A stretch of 52,284 nucleotides of DNA from a virus. Taxonomy: Duplodnaviria > Caudoviricetes. The notes beneath the pieces are model-generated. The model saw nothing but the letters and a program-made list of their open reading frames with translations, did not search any database and had not been told where the DNA came from. Below, one piece after another: positions 9,021 through 17,979 of this stretch; position 1 is the stretch's first letter, and every line of letters starts with the position of its first letter. The stretch is taken from IMG/VR virus record IMGVR_UViG_3300005253_000088, positions 1 through 52,284 of that record, one strand, 5' to 3'. The position numbers and the translations under genes were made by a program.

Positions 9021-9337
9021 TTTGGGTGCCAATGCCCCCCTACTACTATGTGGCATCTCTCGTGATGCAACACCCTCTCATACATGTCTTTTGACAGGTG
9101 CCGGTTGATGATAATATATGGTGGCTCTTGCTCCCCTAGCCAAAATGTGGCCCCCCATAGGGTTTCCCCCAGCTTAATTTTATAACGTTCTTGAATTTCT
9201 GCTAGATATGACGAACTAACTTTAATAACTTCGATGTGAGCCGTTAATTCTGTAAGATCGCGTAGGCATTCAGGAGGATATTTATACCCATCCGGGCTAC
9301 TGAATAATAATGCTGTTGCAAGAAATAGCTCTATCAT
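9017..9337 (-). CDS. Small HExxH protein with a hydrophobic N-terminus (possible exported zinc metallopeptidase-like)
   Basis: MIELFLATALLFSS and I.IN..L......VLHHERCH. Confidence 0.55.
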   Translation of the reverse strand: MIELFLATALLFSSPDGYKYPPECLRDLTELTAHIEVIKVSSSYLAEIQERYKIKLGETLWGATFWLGEQEPPYIIINRHLSKDMYERVLHHERCHIVVGGHWHPK

Positions 9338-9347
9338 GTTAATTCCG

Positions 9348-9557
9348 CTATCGAATATGGATAGATTTAGCTTTGTGGTTGATTTTATAGATTTTTAAAA
9401 ACTCAAGTTCAGTCCAACTTTCTGGGCTAACACGGCTAAACCTATGCCAAACTACCTTACCACAATTTGGGCAGTTTTCTGACGCAAAAACTGGAGTTTC
9501 ATCTGGCATAGAAAGCATTAAAGGTTCTCCACAGCAAGGATATTCACCGAGTATCAT
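9348..9557 (-). CDS. Small zinc-ribbon protein
   Basis: PCCGE ... CPNCGK. Confidence 0.55.
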   Translation of the reverse strand: MILGEYPCCGEPLMLSMPDETPVFASENCPNCGKVVWHRFSRVSPESWTELEFLKIYKINHKAKSIHIR

Positions 9558-9578
9558 AGCAAATCCTCAGGTAATGAA

Positions 9579-9615
9579 ATGGGGGTGTAGAACGTAGCCA
9601 CCACCACACCCCCAT
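9579..9615 (-). terminator. Stem-loop downstream of the SSB gene (terminator or processing site)
   Basis: 10-bp inverted repeat ATGGGGGTGT/ACACCCCCAT in the intergenic gap; no clear U-tract. Confidence 0.45.
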
Positions 9616-9630
9616 CCATCGGCCCCGCAT

Positions 9631-10260
9631 CTATTCTTTTGCTTTTCGGGTGCGGGTTTTACGACCTCCAGCCGCTTTGCCTACAGGCTTGAACAAGCTA
9701 CTGCTATCTGAAACTGTCACCAGCCGTTCACCGTCTCGGGTCTTTTGAAAGGCGGCTAGGTAGAACATGATAGCGTGGTTGCCTGTTCTGCTGTCTTCGT
9801 AGTTGTCGATGGTTACGCCTACGATACCATAACATCCAGGATATACCACTGATTTGTTAACGGGCTCCACCAACTCCACCTGTTCATCATAAACTTCGGC
9901 TCCACCGGCATCATCGTCACCGTTGCGATTGAAGAATGTGTGGGCACGAATAACAGTACAACCTTTGTAAGCATCTCCTTCCTTACCTTTCTCTTCCCGG
10001 CGCTTGGCTAGCCGATCTCCGTCTAACAAAGGTAGGATAATATTCCCATTGTTGAAATCGTCTTCGACTTCATTACCCCATTTTTCGATAGCGTAATCAA
10101 ACAGAATGTCCTTCAGTGCTTCGATACCAGCTTCATCATCGATAGCAACTTCAACATTATATCGGGGGGTAGCTTTTTCGTCAAACTGATCCTTGACAAA
10201 CAAACTTTCATTAATCAGACGCCCTTCAGGGAGCGCAATCTTCGTTTTCTCTTCAGCCAT
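9631..10260 (-). CDS. ssb: Single-stranded DNA-binding protein (DUF2815/gp2.5-like)
   Basis: PL.DGD, VYPGCY and ..FYL...QK.RDGERL motifs. Canonical position between DUF2800 and PolA. Confidence 0.8.
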   Translation of the reverse strand: MAEEKTKIALPEGRLINESLFVKDQFDEKATPRYNVEVAIDDEAGIEALKDILFDYAIEKWGNEVEDDFNNGNIILPLLDGDRLAKRREEKGKEGDAYKGCTVIRAHTFFNRNGDDDAGGAEVYDEQVELVEPVNKSVVYPGCYGIVGVTIDNYEDSRTGNHAIMFYLAAFQKTRDGERLVTVSDSSSLFKPVGKAAGGRKTRTRKAKE

Positions 10261-11439
10261 TTACTTCTTTCCTTTCTGGGGTTTAAACAGGGATTTGTTA
10301 CTAGTATCAACAGCAGGCCGGGTACTGGATGCCTTACCCACCGTAAGACCCTTATCAGGTTTGAAAGCATATCTTGCCGTAAAGGTTTTACCCTCGGGCA
10401 TCTCATCAATTTGAGCTGGAGACTTAAGCTTGATCTCGGTGTAAGCTCGATTACCAAACTTTGCCTTAGCTGCGTCTTCAGTGTCGGGTTTGAATTCCCG
10501 ATTGGATCGGGCCTTGATCAGCTTCCTGCCGGGTATCTTCTTACCCGCACTAAGCCTAGCGAATGCAGTCTTGGTAGCTGCTGCGCCCACGATCTTGGCC
10601 ACATCCAATAGGTCCATGAAACGCCCAACCTGGGCATTAGTCAGCTTAGCAGCAGAACCTTTTTCATCGATTTCATTTATCATAATTTCCAACTCATCAA
10701 AGTCTTTGAGAATTTGTGGGCAAGCCCGGCCACGGGCAGGACAGAACCGGCAGTGCTCGCCACTCTGAGTATCACATGATACTAAAGCCTTGTCCATGGC
10801 GGGGAGTAAAGTATCATGTAGCCATTCAGCCAGATCATCAACGCTAATTTCCCATTCCCTAAGTGGCCCATCGAAGTGAAAGCCTCTAGGTTGAGCAATG
10901 TGGATCACTACCTTATCAATATCATCCCAAAGGTCTAGTTCTTCCAGAATGCCGCAAGCGTAGTACATGCCTTGAGGGTTGCGAGCGACTTCAACAATGA
11001 TACCAACCCCATACTTTAAGTCCCAAATATCAAGCTGTCGAGCTTCCATATCTACATAGGCAACATCCGATTGACCATAGAAATATTTATGCAAGTCTGG
11101 GCGATGAAACCGTTTCTCAATAAAGAAATTGCTTTGGTTCCTGTTAGGGTGAGCTGATCTTACACCGTTAAGGTAAACCTGGACCGCATCAGCCATTTCC
11201 TTATTAACACGGATATCAGGAGTATCACTATAGTTATCAATTAGCCCCCCAATCCATTCCCAAGCATCTAAATCTTTTTTTAGACAATGTTCTCCGACTA
11301 TGTGCGCTGTAGTACCTAAAGCTGCGTATTCGCTTTCATCCTCTTCGACACCATGGCTTAGGGTAACAGAACCAGGGCAGGGTATCCATCGATAGGCTCC
11401 GCTACCGCCAAGAGGGCTATGCTGGGGGAGGTTGTTCAT
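10261..11439 (-). CDS. DUF2800 Cas4-like PD-(D/E)xK exonuclease
   Basis: HS.LG.S.A.RW..CPGS, A.LGT.AH, G..D, DLKYG.G, NPQ.M.YA.G, QPR and GEHCRFCPA..ACP. Confidence 0.9.
   Translation of the reverse strand: MNNLPQHSPLGGSGAYRWIPCPGSVTLSHGVEEDESEYAALGTTAHIVGEHCLKKDLDAWEWIGGLIDNYSDTPDIRVNKEMADAVQVYLNGVRSAHPNRNQSNFFIEKRFHRPDLHKYFYGQSDVAYVDMEARQLDIWDLKYGVGIIVEVARNPQGMYYACGILEELDLWDDIDKVVIHIAQPRGFHFDGPLREWEISVDDLAEWLHDTLLPAMDKALVSCDTQSGEHCRFCPARGRACPQILKDFDELEIMINEIDEKGSAAKLTNAQVGRFMDLLDVAKIVGAAATKTAFARLSAGKKIPGRKLIKARSNREFKPDTEDAAKAKFGNRAYTEIKLKSPAQIDEMPEGKTFTARYAFKPDKGLTVGKASSTRPAVDTSNKSLFKPQKGKK
10769..10782. promoter_or_regulatory. Dispersed palindrome site 3, GTATCACATGATAC (reverse complement of site 1), inside the DUF2800 gene
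   Basis: AGTATCACATGATACT at 10768-10783. Confidence 0.55.
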
Positions 11440-11441
11440 GT

Positions 11442-11762
11442 TTACCTTCTCTCTCTCTCTTCATATTGATCTAATAATGCTTTTATTTCAGGATCAGCAG
11501 TGTATACGCTTGATAAAGAATCATTATAGTTTTTCAAATCTTCACGATCACAATCTACCTCCACCGGCTGTCCCTCCGTAAAGCTAGAACATTTACTAGC
11601 AAAATTTAATCGCTTATCCTCGCCGTAGAATCTATCGAAAGAACCGTCAGGGTGAAGTTTTTTTAAGCAAATAAATTCAGTTCCTTCTGTTGTATAGTTG
11701 GAGTACCCATAATCTTCAAACAGACAAAACTTGCAATCCTCACAGCTACTCATTAGCTTCAA
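11442..11762 (-). CDS. Hypothetical Cys-rich protein
   Basis: CEDCKFC...C...H; coupled in the operon. Confidence 0.55.
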   Translation of the reverse strand: MKLMSSCEDCKFCLFEDYGYSNYTTEGTEFICLKKLHPDGSFDRFYGEDKRLNFASKCSSFTEGQPVEVDCDREDLKNYNDSLSSVYTADPEIKALLDQYEERERR

Positions 11763-12267
11763 TCATTTCATGGATCAAGTCAACGAAATGCCTACGCTGA
11801 TCACCGTCTAGCTTCTTGACGTCACTCACATCAAAGGTATCTTCAAGAAGTTTCATAACTACCTTGGGGGTAAGAGCGGCAGCGCCTTCACTAGCCGCCT
11901 TAGATAGATCAGCATCACTTATTTTATCAGTTTCTTTAGCTGTTCTGCTACGGCGTCTAGGAGAGGATGAAACGGTATCTTCCCCGCCTTTACCCTTGCT
12001 GCTACGTTTGCGGCGGTGAGGTTTTTCGGCCCCAGTACCAGTTTCTTCGTCTGAGCTTTCACTAGCCTCTGGCTTCGTTTCCTCAGCAAGTCGATTACGG
12101 CGTCTAGTAGGCTTCTTGGGCTCATCCTCTGTTTCCTCCGCAATAATAAACGCTTTAACCTCTTCCGGTATTAAAGCCCCCGTAGGCGCACGAAATGTCG
12201 CTACAAAATCAGCAAGACGCTGTGCATCTTCATCTGTTTCGATATCAAAAAAGTATCCAATTTTCAT
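11746..12267 (-). CDS. Hypothetical protein (charged linker with a helical C-terminus; the typical neighbour upstream of DUF2800)
   Basis: Low-complexity E/K/R middle and a C-terminal ..LLE..F.V..V.KL motif. Confidence 0.65.
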   Translation of the reverse strand: MKIGYFFDIETDEDAQRLADFVATFRAPTGALIPEEVKAFIIAEETEDEPKKPTRRRNRLAEETKPEASESSDEETGTGAEKPHRRKRSSKGKGGEDTVSSSPRRRSRTAKETDKISDADLSKAASEGAAALTPKVVMKLLEDTFDVSDVKKLDGDQRRHFVDLIHEMIEANE

Positions 12268-12269
12268 AA

Positions 12270-12449
12270 TTATTTCCCCTGAAAATCAAGTGCGTGTTGC
12301 AATGCAGTAGAAAATGTCTCAAGCACTAGCTCAGTAACTTCATCTGTCATTCCGTTTTGAATTTCACTGTGCCCGAAAAAAAGATTAATACCGATATTAA
12401 AGCCAGTTTTGTGAAGACCTTGTTTTATACTAATAGCATTTACATTCAT
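12270..12449 (-). CDS. Hypothetical 59 aa protein (MNVNAISIKQG...)
   Basis: Translated by hand; AAGGGG RBS; lies just downstream of a promoter. Confidence 0.5.
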   Translation of the reverse strand: MNVNAISIKQGLHKTGFNIGINLFFGHSEIQNGMTDEVTELVLETFSTALQHALDFQGK

Positions 12450-12472
12450 GTGAATTTCCCCTTTCGATTGAT

Positions 12473-12501
12473 AGCATAACTCAAGTAAAAAGCCCTGTCA
12501 A
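12473..12501 (-). promoter_or_regulatory. Sigma70-like promoter TTGACA-N17-TATGCT
   Basis: Reverse complement of 12496-12501 and 12473-12478; intergenic. Confidence 0.7.
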
Positions 12502-12511
12502 GTACTTTCTT

Positions 12512-13996
12512 TTACTGCTTATCCAAGGCTGCGTAAATATCGATACCTTTTCTGATAGCATTACTAACTATTCTTTCGTCCATAGTACCAGGAACTACTG
12601 GCATATGACCTAAAACGTAGTCTCCCTGCTGCCCTGGCCTATGAGGACGATCAAGTAATTGTTCGTTACGGCCTTCCACCCAATCAGGTTCAGCATTAAG
12701 TACATCCTGAGCAACAGAGAAATTCCAACCCATCCCAAGCGGCCCCATTTGCCCCAATATAATACCAATGTCGGCATTACCCTGGAATTGATCAACAGCG
12801 TATTGCTTCTTAACCGTGGTCGTATTCCCATCCATATAAACAAGGCCGTGATGGGCTAGCTTTTCGCGCATGTAATCCAACACCGAATGATGCCAAGCAG
12901 CCACAACAAGCTTAGTGATACCTTCGGACATAAGCTCATTAATATAATCCACCACAGCCGGAGCCTTGGCTTCTCCCAGTAACCGTCTAGCTGTTGAAAT
13001 AGCCCCATCCACAGGCACATTCCGGTCAAAAGCACCAAGGTCCATTTCGTACATCTTCTCGGCTCGTTTCCAGCCGGGATGCTTTAGTGCCTTACGCATA
13101 GCGGGGGTAATAGCCAAGGGAAAAACATGCCAGCGTTTGGGGGGCAGCTCATGTAGCACTTGTTCCTTGAGACGGCGAACCATAACATGCTTCCGAAGCC
13201 GGTATTGGAGATCATCCAAATTGCGAGGTACATTACGAACCTTATCAGACCAATGGAGTTTACTAATCATTCGTGGTTCTATGGGGTTGTTATCCTCGTC
13301 TCGGTCTACCAGGACCGGGCTACGGATCATACCTCCGCCTAAGCCATAGTAGTAGTTGCGAAAATCAGTTAGGCTTATCTGATCAATAGCATCCCAATTT
13401 AGCAATCGGATCATGTTGTAACACTCGATAGGTTGATTAGGAAGAATTGTACCACTGGCCATGGTAATACGCCCTACCACAGAAGGTAGCATATCAGGAG
13501 CGCACAACACCTTAGTTCGTTTATTACCCTTGGGGTCTTTCAAAGCGTGGGCCTCATCAAGTATCAGGTGATCCCACATCTGATCCATGATAGCTTCAAG
13601 GATCGCCGAGTTACGAAGCATGTCATAGGAAGTGATGGTGTAGTCAGCTTTTAAACTAACGCCATCACTTGATTTTAAAATCGGGTAAGTGTTAACATTA
13701 GTTTGAGTAGACCAGCGCCAAATCTCACGCTCCCAGTTAAGCCTTAGACTGGCTGGGCACACAACTAAGGTGTTTTTTGCTTCAATAGCGTTTCCAAGCA
13801 GGATACATTCAGCCGTCTTGCCAAGACCGGGTGCGTCACCAAAGAGTGCGTTGTTTCGTTTAAGATGGTACTCGACCCCTGCAAACTGGTAATCATAAGG
13901 AACGTATTCGCCATCTTCAGGATAAGGAGCAGAGTAGAAATAAGGCTTGGTGGCTCTGGAAGCTTCTACATCAAAATCAGTCATATGCTTTTTCAT
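12512..13996 (-). CDS. SNF2-family (HARP-like) helicase
   Basis: GDAPGLGKT, VCPASL..NW, DEAH, SGT and Q..DR.HRPGQ. Start likely ATG 13996, after a GAGGGGGG RBS. Confidence 0.9.
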   Translation of the reverse strand: MKKHMTDFDVEASRATKPYFYSAPYPEDGEYVPYDYQFAGVEYHLKRNNALFGDAPGLGKTAECILLGNAIEAKNTLVVCPASLRLNWEREIWRWSTQTNVNTYPILKSSDGVSLKADYTITSYDMLRNSAILEAIMDQMWDHLILDEAHALKDPKGNKRTKVLCAPDMLPSVVGRITMASGTILPNQPIECYNMIRLLNWDAIDQISLTDFRNYYYGLGGGMIRSPVLVDRDEDNNPIEPRMISKLHWSDKVRNVPRNLDDLQYRLRKHVMVRRLKEQVLHELPPKRWHVFPLAITPAMRKALKHPGWKRAEKMYEMDLGAFDRNVPVDGAISTARRLLGEAKAPAVVDYINELMSEGITKLVVAAWHHSVLDYMREKLAHHGLVYMDGNTTTVKKQYAVDQFQGNADIGIILGQMGPLGMGWNFSVAQDVLNAEPDWVEGRNEQLLDRPHRPGQQGDYVLGHMPVVPGTMDERIVSNAIRKGIDIYAALDKQ

Positions 13997-14007
13997 CTGT
14001 GCCCCCC

Positions 14008-14181
14008 TCAATCGCCCACGATCTTTAGGTATTTCACCCAATCCGCCTCATGGTGCTCATCCTTGCCGTTGATGCGCAGATGGATGTTTGTAAAATGGGC
14101 GTGTCTCGTTCTCTCGATCAGGCGCTTGATGGCCTCGCGTTGGCTGTCGTTGATAGCCTCTTCAGGTATTTCAAGCTTCAT
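14008..14181 (-). CDS. Hypothetical 57 aa protein (MKLEIPEEAINDSQREAIKR...)
   Basis: Translated by hand; fills the gap in the - strand operon. Confidence 0.5.
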   Translation of the reverse strand: MKLEIPEEAINDSQREAIKRLIERTRHAHFTNIHLRINGKDEHHEADWVKYLKIVGD

Positions 14182-14336
14182 ATCGCTTGTCCCGCCGCGA
14201 TTCTGTCATGGTGTCTACTCCTTCTCGGCCAAGGCTTCAATGATTTCCGCGCACTCGTCGCAAAGTCTATCATCGGGTGCCCGGTGTACGTCAAAAGGTT
14301 CGTTGCACATGTCACAGTATGTCACAGGTTCATAAC

Positions 14337-14504
14337 TCATGGCCCTACTCCGCCCCCCTCGGTGTATTCGGTTTCGGGTCCGATAATTATGGGGGATCCG
14401 ATAATTATGGGGGAGCGGTGTGCCTCGATGCCCCCGACGCCATCACACAATGAACACGAATATTCCTCGTGATTTTCGTTATAGATGCGTGGTGTATGTG
14501 TCAT
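14337..14504 (-). CDS. Hypothetical 55 aa protein with an 18-bp tandem duplication (SPIIIG SPIIIG)
   Basis: Translated by hand; ATGA overlaps on both sides. Confidence 0.45.
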   Translation of the reverse strand: MTHTPRIYNENHEEYSCSLCDGVGGIEAHRSPIIIGSPIIIGPETEYTEGGGVGP

Positions 14505-14917
14505 GGGGTTTTCTCCATTTCGATCTTGATGTTGACGAGGACCTCAGTACACTCAGCTATGACCCCTTCCAGGCTCTGCCGGGCGGCCTCCCAGTCCATT
14601 TTGGCACCATACTTATCCGACAACTCACGGATTAGGAACAGGAACAGGGTATCACCGACGTTTTCAGAGGCTTCGACCAACTCACGGATTAGGAACAGGA
14701 ACAGGGTATCACCGACGTTTTCAGCGGCTTCGACACCCTTCAGATGGCTGCACACCCCTTCCCCGTACGTGACGGCACACAGACGTTGTGCGGCGTTCAT
14801 GGTAGCCATCGCCCCGTCCCCTTGGGACGACGGAGGGACTTTGCACCCAACATCTGCACCCGTTTGGGTGAGGGAGCGCAGGGCCCTATTTAGGTAGGCT
14901 GAGGTTGCTTTGGCCAT
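14501..14917 (-). CDS. Hypothetical protein starting MAKATSAYLNRALRSL, with an internal 19-aa duplication
   Basis: AGGAG RBS; ENVGDTLFLFLIREL occurs twice. Confidence 0.6.
   Translation of the reverse strand: MAKATSAYLNRALRSLTQTGADVGCKVPPSSQGDGAMATMNAAQRLCAVTYGEGVCSHLKGVEAAENVGDTLFLFLIRELVEASENVGDTLFLFLIRELSDKYGAKMDWEAARQSLEGVIAECTEVLVNIKIEMEKTP
14621..14734. repeat. 57-bp tandem duplication (2 copies, 1 mismatch)
   Basis: CAACTCACGGATTAGGAACAGGAACAGGGTATCACCGACGTTTTCAG(A/C)GGCTTCGAC starting at 14621 and 14678. Confidence 0.95.
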
Positions 14918-15333
14918 TTCAATCTCCTAGAGTATTTCTTCGAGGGTTAACCGAATTTTGATTACTGAGGCCCGTAGATGAGCTTTGGGCGTTCTCGCAG
15001 TGAGAATATGATTGTCGGGTATCCATGACTGTTATCTGCATCAATCACACCGCGCTCTATTAATCGTGTTGCCGCCGCTGCCCGCTTCCGGTGGGCCGTG
15101 ATCCAGAAGATCGTGGTGCCAAATTTCCCATCTTCGGCCCCGTTGATGGCGGCAAGGATTTCTCCCTCTGCCCCAGTCCTGGTTCGTCCATCCAAGATCA
15201 TTTGACAATGACCTGGACAAAAAGCGTTAGGGCCGATCCCAGCATCATTAAAAACAACGCAACCAGCGCAAGACCCCAAATAATCTCGCCTTTGGTAATT
15301 CTGGGGATGTCAAACATGGTCGTTTATTCCTCG

Positions 15334-15516
15334 CTATCGCACGTTGCCGATGACAACATATTCATCATCATTGTTATGCTTGCGTAGTAACACCTTCATT
15401 TCTCCATGCGTCTTGCGGTCCCGTTCCGAATGATAGGTGTGATTGTTGGCGTGGCTAGATACTTCTAGGTTTGGGTCAGCCATTTTCAGGGCCGCTATGA
15501 GTTGCTTCACTGTCAT
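15334..15516 (-). CDS. Hypothetical protein
   Basis: MTVKQLIAALKMADP.LEV is a common phage mini-protein start; GGAGG RBS. Confidence 0.6.
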   Translation of the reverse strand: MTVKQLIAALKMADPNLEVSSHANNHTYHSERDRKTHGEMKVLLRKHNNDDEYVVIGNVR

Positions 15517-15639
15517 CCGTGGCCTCCTTTAGTTACAACCCCAAATCGTCACCGCCACCCACGCCATGATGGCGACAATGATAATTATAGGGATCATATT
15601 AAATTTAAAATGGTATCCAGCCATATCTCATTTCTCCAT

Positions 15640-15828
15640 TCATTTGTTCGATCCTTTAGATTTCGCTGCGCGTCGTTTCGCGTTTAAACTAATTCGTCGG
15701 CCAGTTGCATGGTTTTTCTTTTTGCTTTTCTTTAAACCAGGAATAACGTGCTTTGGTGGCTCAAATCGTTCAAGTCTCCTACGCCGTGCTAAAGCACATT
15801 CAGTAATAAAATCAGCTTCGCCTTCCAT
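15640..15828 (-). CDS. Small basic hypothetical protein
   Basis: K/R-rich 62 aa ORF on the operon strand. Confidence 0.45.
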   Translation of the reverse strand: MEGEADFITECALARRRRLERFEPPKHVIPGLKKSKKKNHATGRRISLNAKRRAAKSKGSNK

Positions 15829-15961
15829 TGCTAAACCTTTTTAAAGAAGGGCTTCCACCTTCACGCAGCCCTGACACTCGCTCAATCGAGTTGTGACCTT
15901 GAGAACGGTATCCTCCAGGTAGACCAATAGGGAAGACACCGCCTACGAAGCCGTTGATGTC

Positions 15962-16126
15962 TTACTTCTTAGACTCTTTAAAAACTTCGATAAAGAACTT
16001 GCCGCCGCTTACTGTCATTTTCTGCGATTTAAAAGCTTCATTAAGTAAGGCTGTTTCAAAATTAGTTTCGGGAACTAGCTCAAACGACATCCCACCGTAC
16101 ATAAAATTAATTGGCTCAATTTTCAT
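15962..16126 (-). CDS. Hypothetical 54 aa protein (MKIEPINFMYGG...)
   Basis: Translated by hand; AGGA RBS. Confidence 0.5.
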   Translation of the reverse strand: MKIEPINFMYGGMSFELVPETNFETALLNEAFKSQKMTVSGGKFFIEVFKESKK

Positions 16127-16135
16127 GTTCAAATC

Positions 16136-16966
16136 CTACCTATTAGCTGATTTCACAGCCTTACGCTTGCCTCGGCGCATATGTGCAGGGATAGCAGTTA
16201 AATCTTCCTTGCTTTCACCGTTAGTCATAGGGTTATCGAGCTTAACGCCGACTTCGGCAGCAGCCCACGCAAGGAAAGCCATCTTATCAGAAGGCTTTAG
16301 ATTGTTGAAGTAGAACTTGACGCCTTCAATACCTGTTACTTCTTTTATCGGGGTTTTCTTAATATCATGAATTTTTTTAGCATCGACCTTAGAAACAACC
16401 GACATACCCAGATCACCAGCCCGGCTTTCGATTAGAGAAAGCTGGGTCTTATCATCCAAGGCAGCAACCGCATCATTAGCCATGTTAAAGGGGGTGGAGG
16501 GTGAAGCTGTAGCGGGTGCCGAGGAAGGATCACGTGATACCGAAGCTTTCCGATCCCGTAGAGCCCTGTTGGCGGCTTTGTTCTTGAGCCGCATATCTTC
16601 CAGGGCTAGCTTGGGATCATCGGCAGCGCCAACCTGGACCAGCTTCTTGACGGTTTCATATGATTGCGAAACATTAACTTCAGCCCATTTCTTGAAGTTG
16701 AGCTTTCGCTTCTCGCACATATCACGGGCGAATTCCAACTGGATCGCGGCAGCCAGCCGGTGATCGAAAGCTTTACCATCGGCTTGGGAAGCCTTCTCCA
16801 GGCGGACATTGATGTCTCTGGCTACAGGAGCTAACTCCCGCAAGGAAACGATATCCTTAGCCTTCTTGTCCATGTCTTTCGCCAATGCCTTGACCTTCTT
16901 TTTGGCTGGGGCCTTCTTCACAGGCTTGGCCGTCTTAACAGGTTTCTTATGAGTATGTTTTGCCAT
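16136..16966 (-). CDS. Putative DNA-binding protein (histone H1-like K/P/A N-tail plus a DUF3102-like core)
   Basis: KKPVKTAKPVKKAPAKKK tail. The L..AR......F.KW...N...S.ET.KKL..VG pattern resembles DUF3102. Confidence 0.55.
   Translation of the reverse strand: MAKHTHKKPVKTAKPVKKAPAKKKVKALAKDMDKKAKDIVSLRELAPVARDINVRLEKASQADGKAFDHRLAAAIQLEFARDMCEKRKLNFKKWAEVNVSQSYETVKKLVQVGAADDPKLALEDMRLKNKAANRALRDRKASVSRDPSSAPATASPSTPFNMANDAVAALDDKTQLSLIESRAGDLGMSVVSKVDAKKIHDIKKTPIKEVTGIEGVKFYFNNLKPSDKMAFLAWAAAEVGVKLDNPMTNGESKEDLTAIPAHMRRGKRKAVKSANR
16527..16540. promoter_or_regulatory. Dispersed palindrome site 4, GGATCACGTGATAC (1 mismatch)
   Basis: Identical to site 2; lies inside the DUF3102-like gene. 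Confidence 0.5.
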
Positions 16967-16978
16967 TGTCTTTCCTCT

Positions 16979-17170
16979 TTAACTGTTTAAAACTTTTAAG
17001 ATACTGTAAGCGATCCCTAGATCGTGAGCAATTTGGTCGAGATCATATGGGTAATCTTCCATGGCACACTCCATATGAACTAAAGCATGTTCAAGGGAGA
17101 CTGGACAATCTATTGCTTTTAGCTCTTGGATAAGGTCCGGTATAGAAGCGTCAAAATTAAATTCTGCCAT
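16979..17170 (-). CDS. Hypothetical protein
   Basis: Shares the start junction AGGAAAGACAATGGCA with the 16966 gene. Confidence 0.55.
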   Translation of the reverse strand: MAEFNFDASIPDLIQELKAIDCPVSLEHALVHMECAMEDYPYDLDQIAHDLGIAYSILKVLNS

Positions 17171-17276
17171 TGTCTTTCCTTTCTAAAAAATAAATATACA
17201 AAGAGACACCTAAGCCGGCGCCCATAAACAGCCCAGCTAGATAAGCAAATAGCTGACTATAAAGAAATAAATTCAT
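17157..17276 (-). CDS. 39 aa membrane peptide
   Basis: MNLFLYSQLFAYLAGLFMGAGLGVSLYIYFL; GGGG RBS. Confidence 0.45.
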   Translation of the reverse strand: MNLFLYSQLFAYLAGLFMGAGLGVSLYIYFLERKDNGRI

Positions 17277-17300
17277 TTGGAATTCCCCAGTTCTGAAATT

Positions 17301-17343
17301 CCCCCGCCTGACAAAGACACCAAAGCCAATTGTCAGGCGGGGG
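17301..17343. other. 14-bp perfect inverted repeat (strong hairpin)
   Basis: CCCCCGCCTGACAA ... TTGTCAGGCGGGGG with a 15-nt loop. Confidence 0.75.
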
Positions 17344-17416
17344 CACCACAACCAACCAATATGTTATTCTTTCATAATCTTAGGAACTTGTCAACAATTT
17401 AATTTTAACAACAAAA

Positions 17417-17737
17417 TCAAAGAGTATAGCTCATAGGATCAGGTCTCGCAGGCTCATCCTCACCAAAACTAATGACACAAGCTACGTTTTTATCACTGAC
17501 CGCGATAATGGTCCAAGTACCCGATTTTTCATTCTTGAAGAACTCAATGCGAAGCTTGGTTTTTTCATCCACATGAACCTTGGCCAAATGCTCATCAAAA
17601 TCACTGGCTAATAGTTTGACCAGTAACATACGTTCCATACAAAGCGGGGGTGATTGAGAGCGAGCTTGGCCCAGAAACAGCCCAAGCGCAAGAAACACCA
17701 CCAACCATAGACTGAAGGATTTCAAAAGCTGTTTCAT
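17417..17737 (-). CDS. Exported small protein
   Basis: Signal-peptide-like N-terminus; C..R......L...F.E and EFF.N.KSGTWTII....N.AC..S.GE. Confidence 0.65.
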   Translation of the reverse strand: MKQLLKSFSLWLVVFLALGLFLGQARSQSPPLCMERMLLVKLLASDFDEHLAKVHVDEKTKLRIEFFKNEKSGTWTIIAVSDKNVACVISFGEDEPARPDPMSYTL

Positions 17738-17757
17738 GGCGGACCGCCTTTCTGCGG

Positions 17758-17979
17758 TTATACATCCCCAAAAACTCGCTTAGTAACATTTTGGACTGGA
17801 TCGATTAAAGAACCCTTACTAATTAAGTTATGAATATCAATCTTAGGCTCTCCCGCGATCAGCATAGGCTTGCTGTGGCATTGTGGGGGTCTTTTTCTGT
17901 AAGCCTTTACATCAAAGACTATCACAGGGAACCGCTCCACCCGAGCGCATGTGCCACAGATTAGCCTAACCGTTGTCAT
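17758..17979 (-). CDS. Hypothetical zinc-ribbon-like protein
   Basis: CGTC...PQCH.KPM; ATGA-coupled. Confidence 0.5.
   Translation of the reverse strand: MTTVRLICGTCARVERFPVIVFDVKAYRKRPPQCHSKPMLIAGEPKIDIHNLISKGSLIDPVQNVTKRVFGDV

Noticed and set aside
15829-15961. tRNA or hammerhead ribozyme in the structured gap
   Set aside because: There is no TTCGA T-loop or cloverleaf, and no CTGANGA...GAAA core on either strand.
17157-17351. 64-aa ORF starting at 17351
   Set aside because: Its 5' part runs through the 14-bp hairpin; the ATG at 17276 with a GGGG RBS is more plausible.
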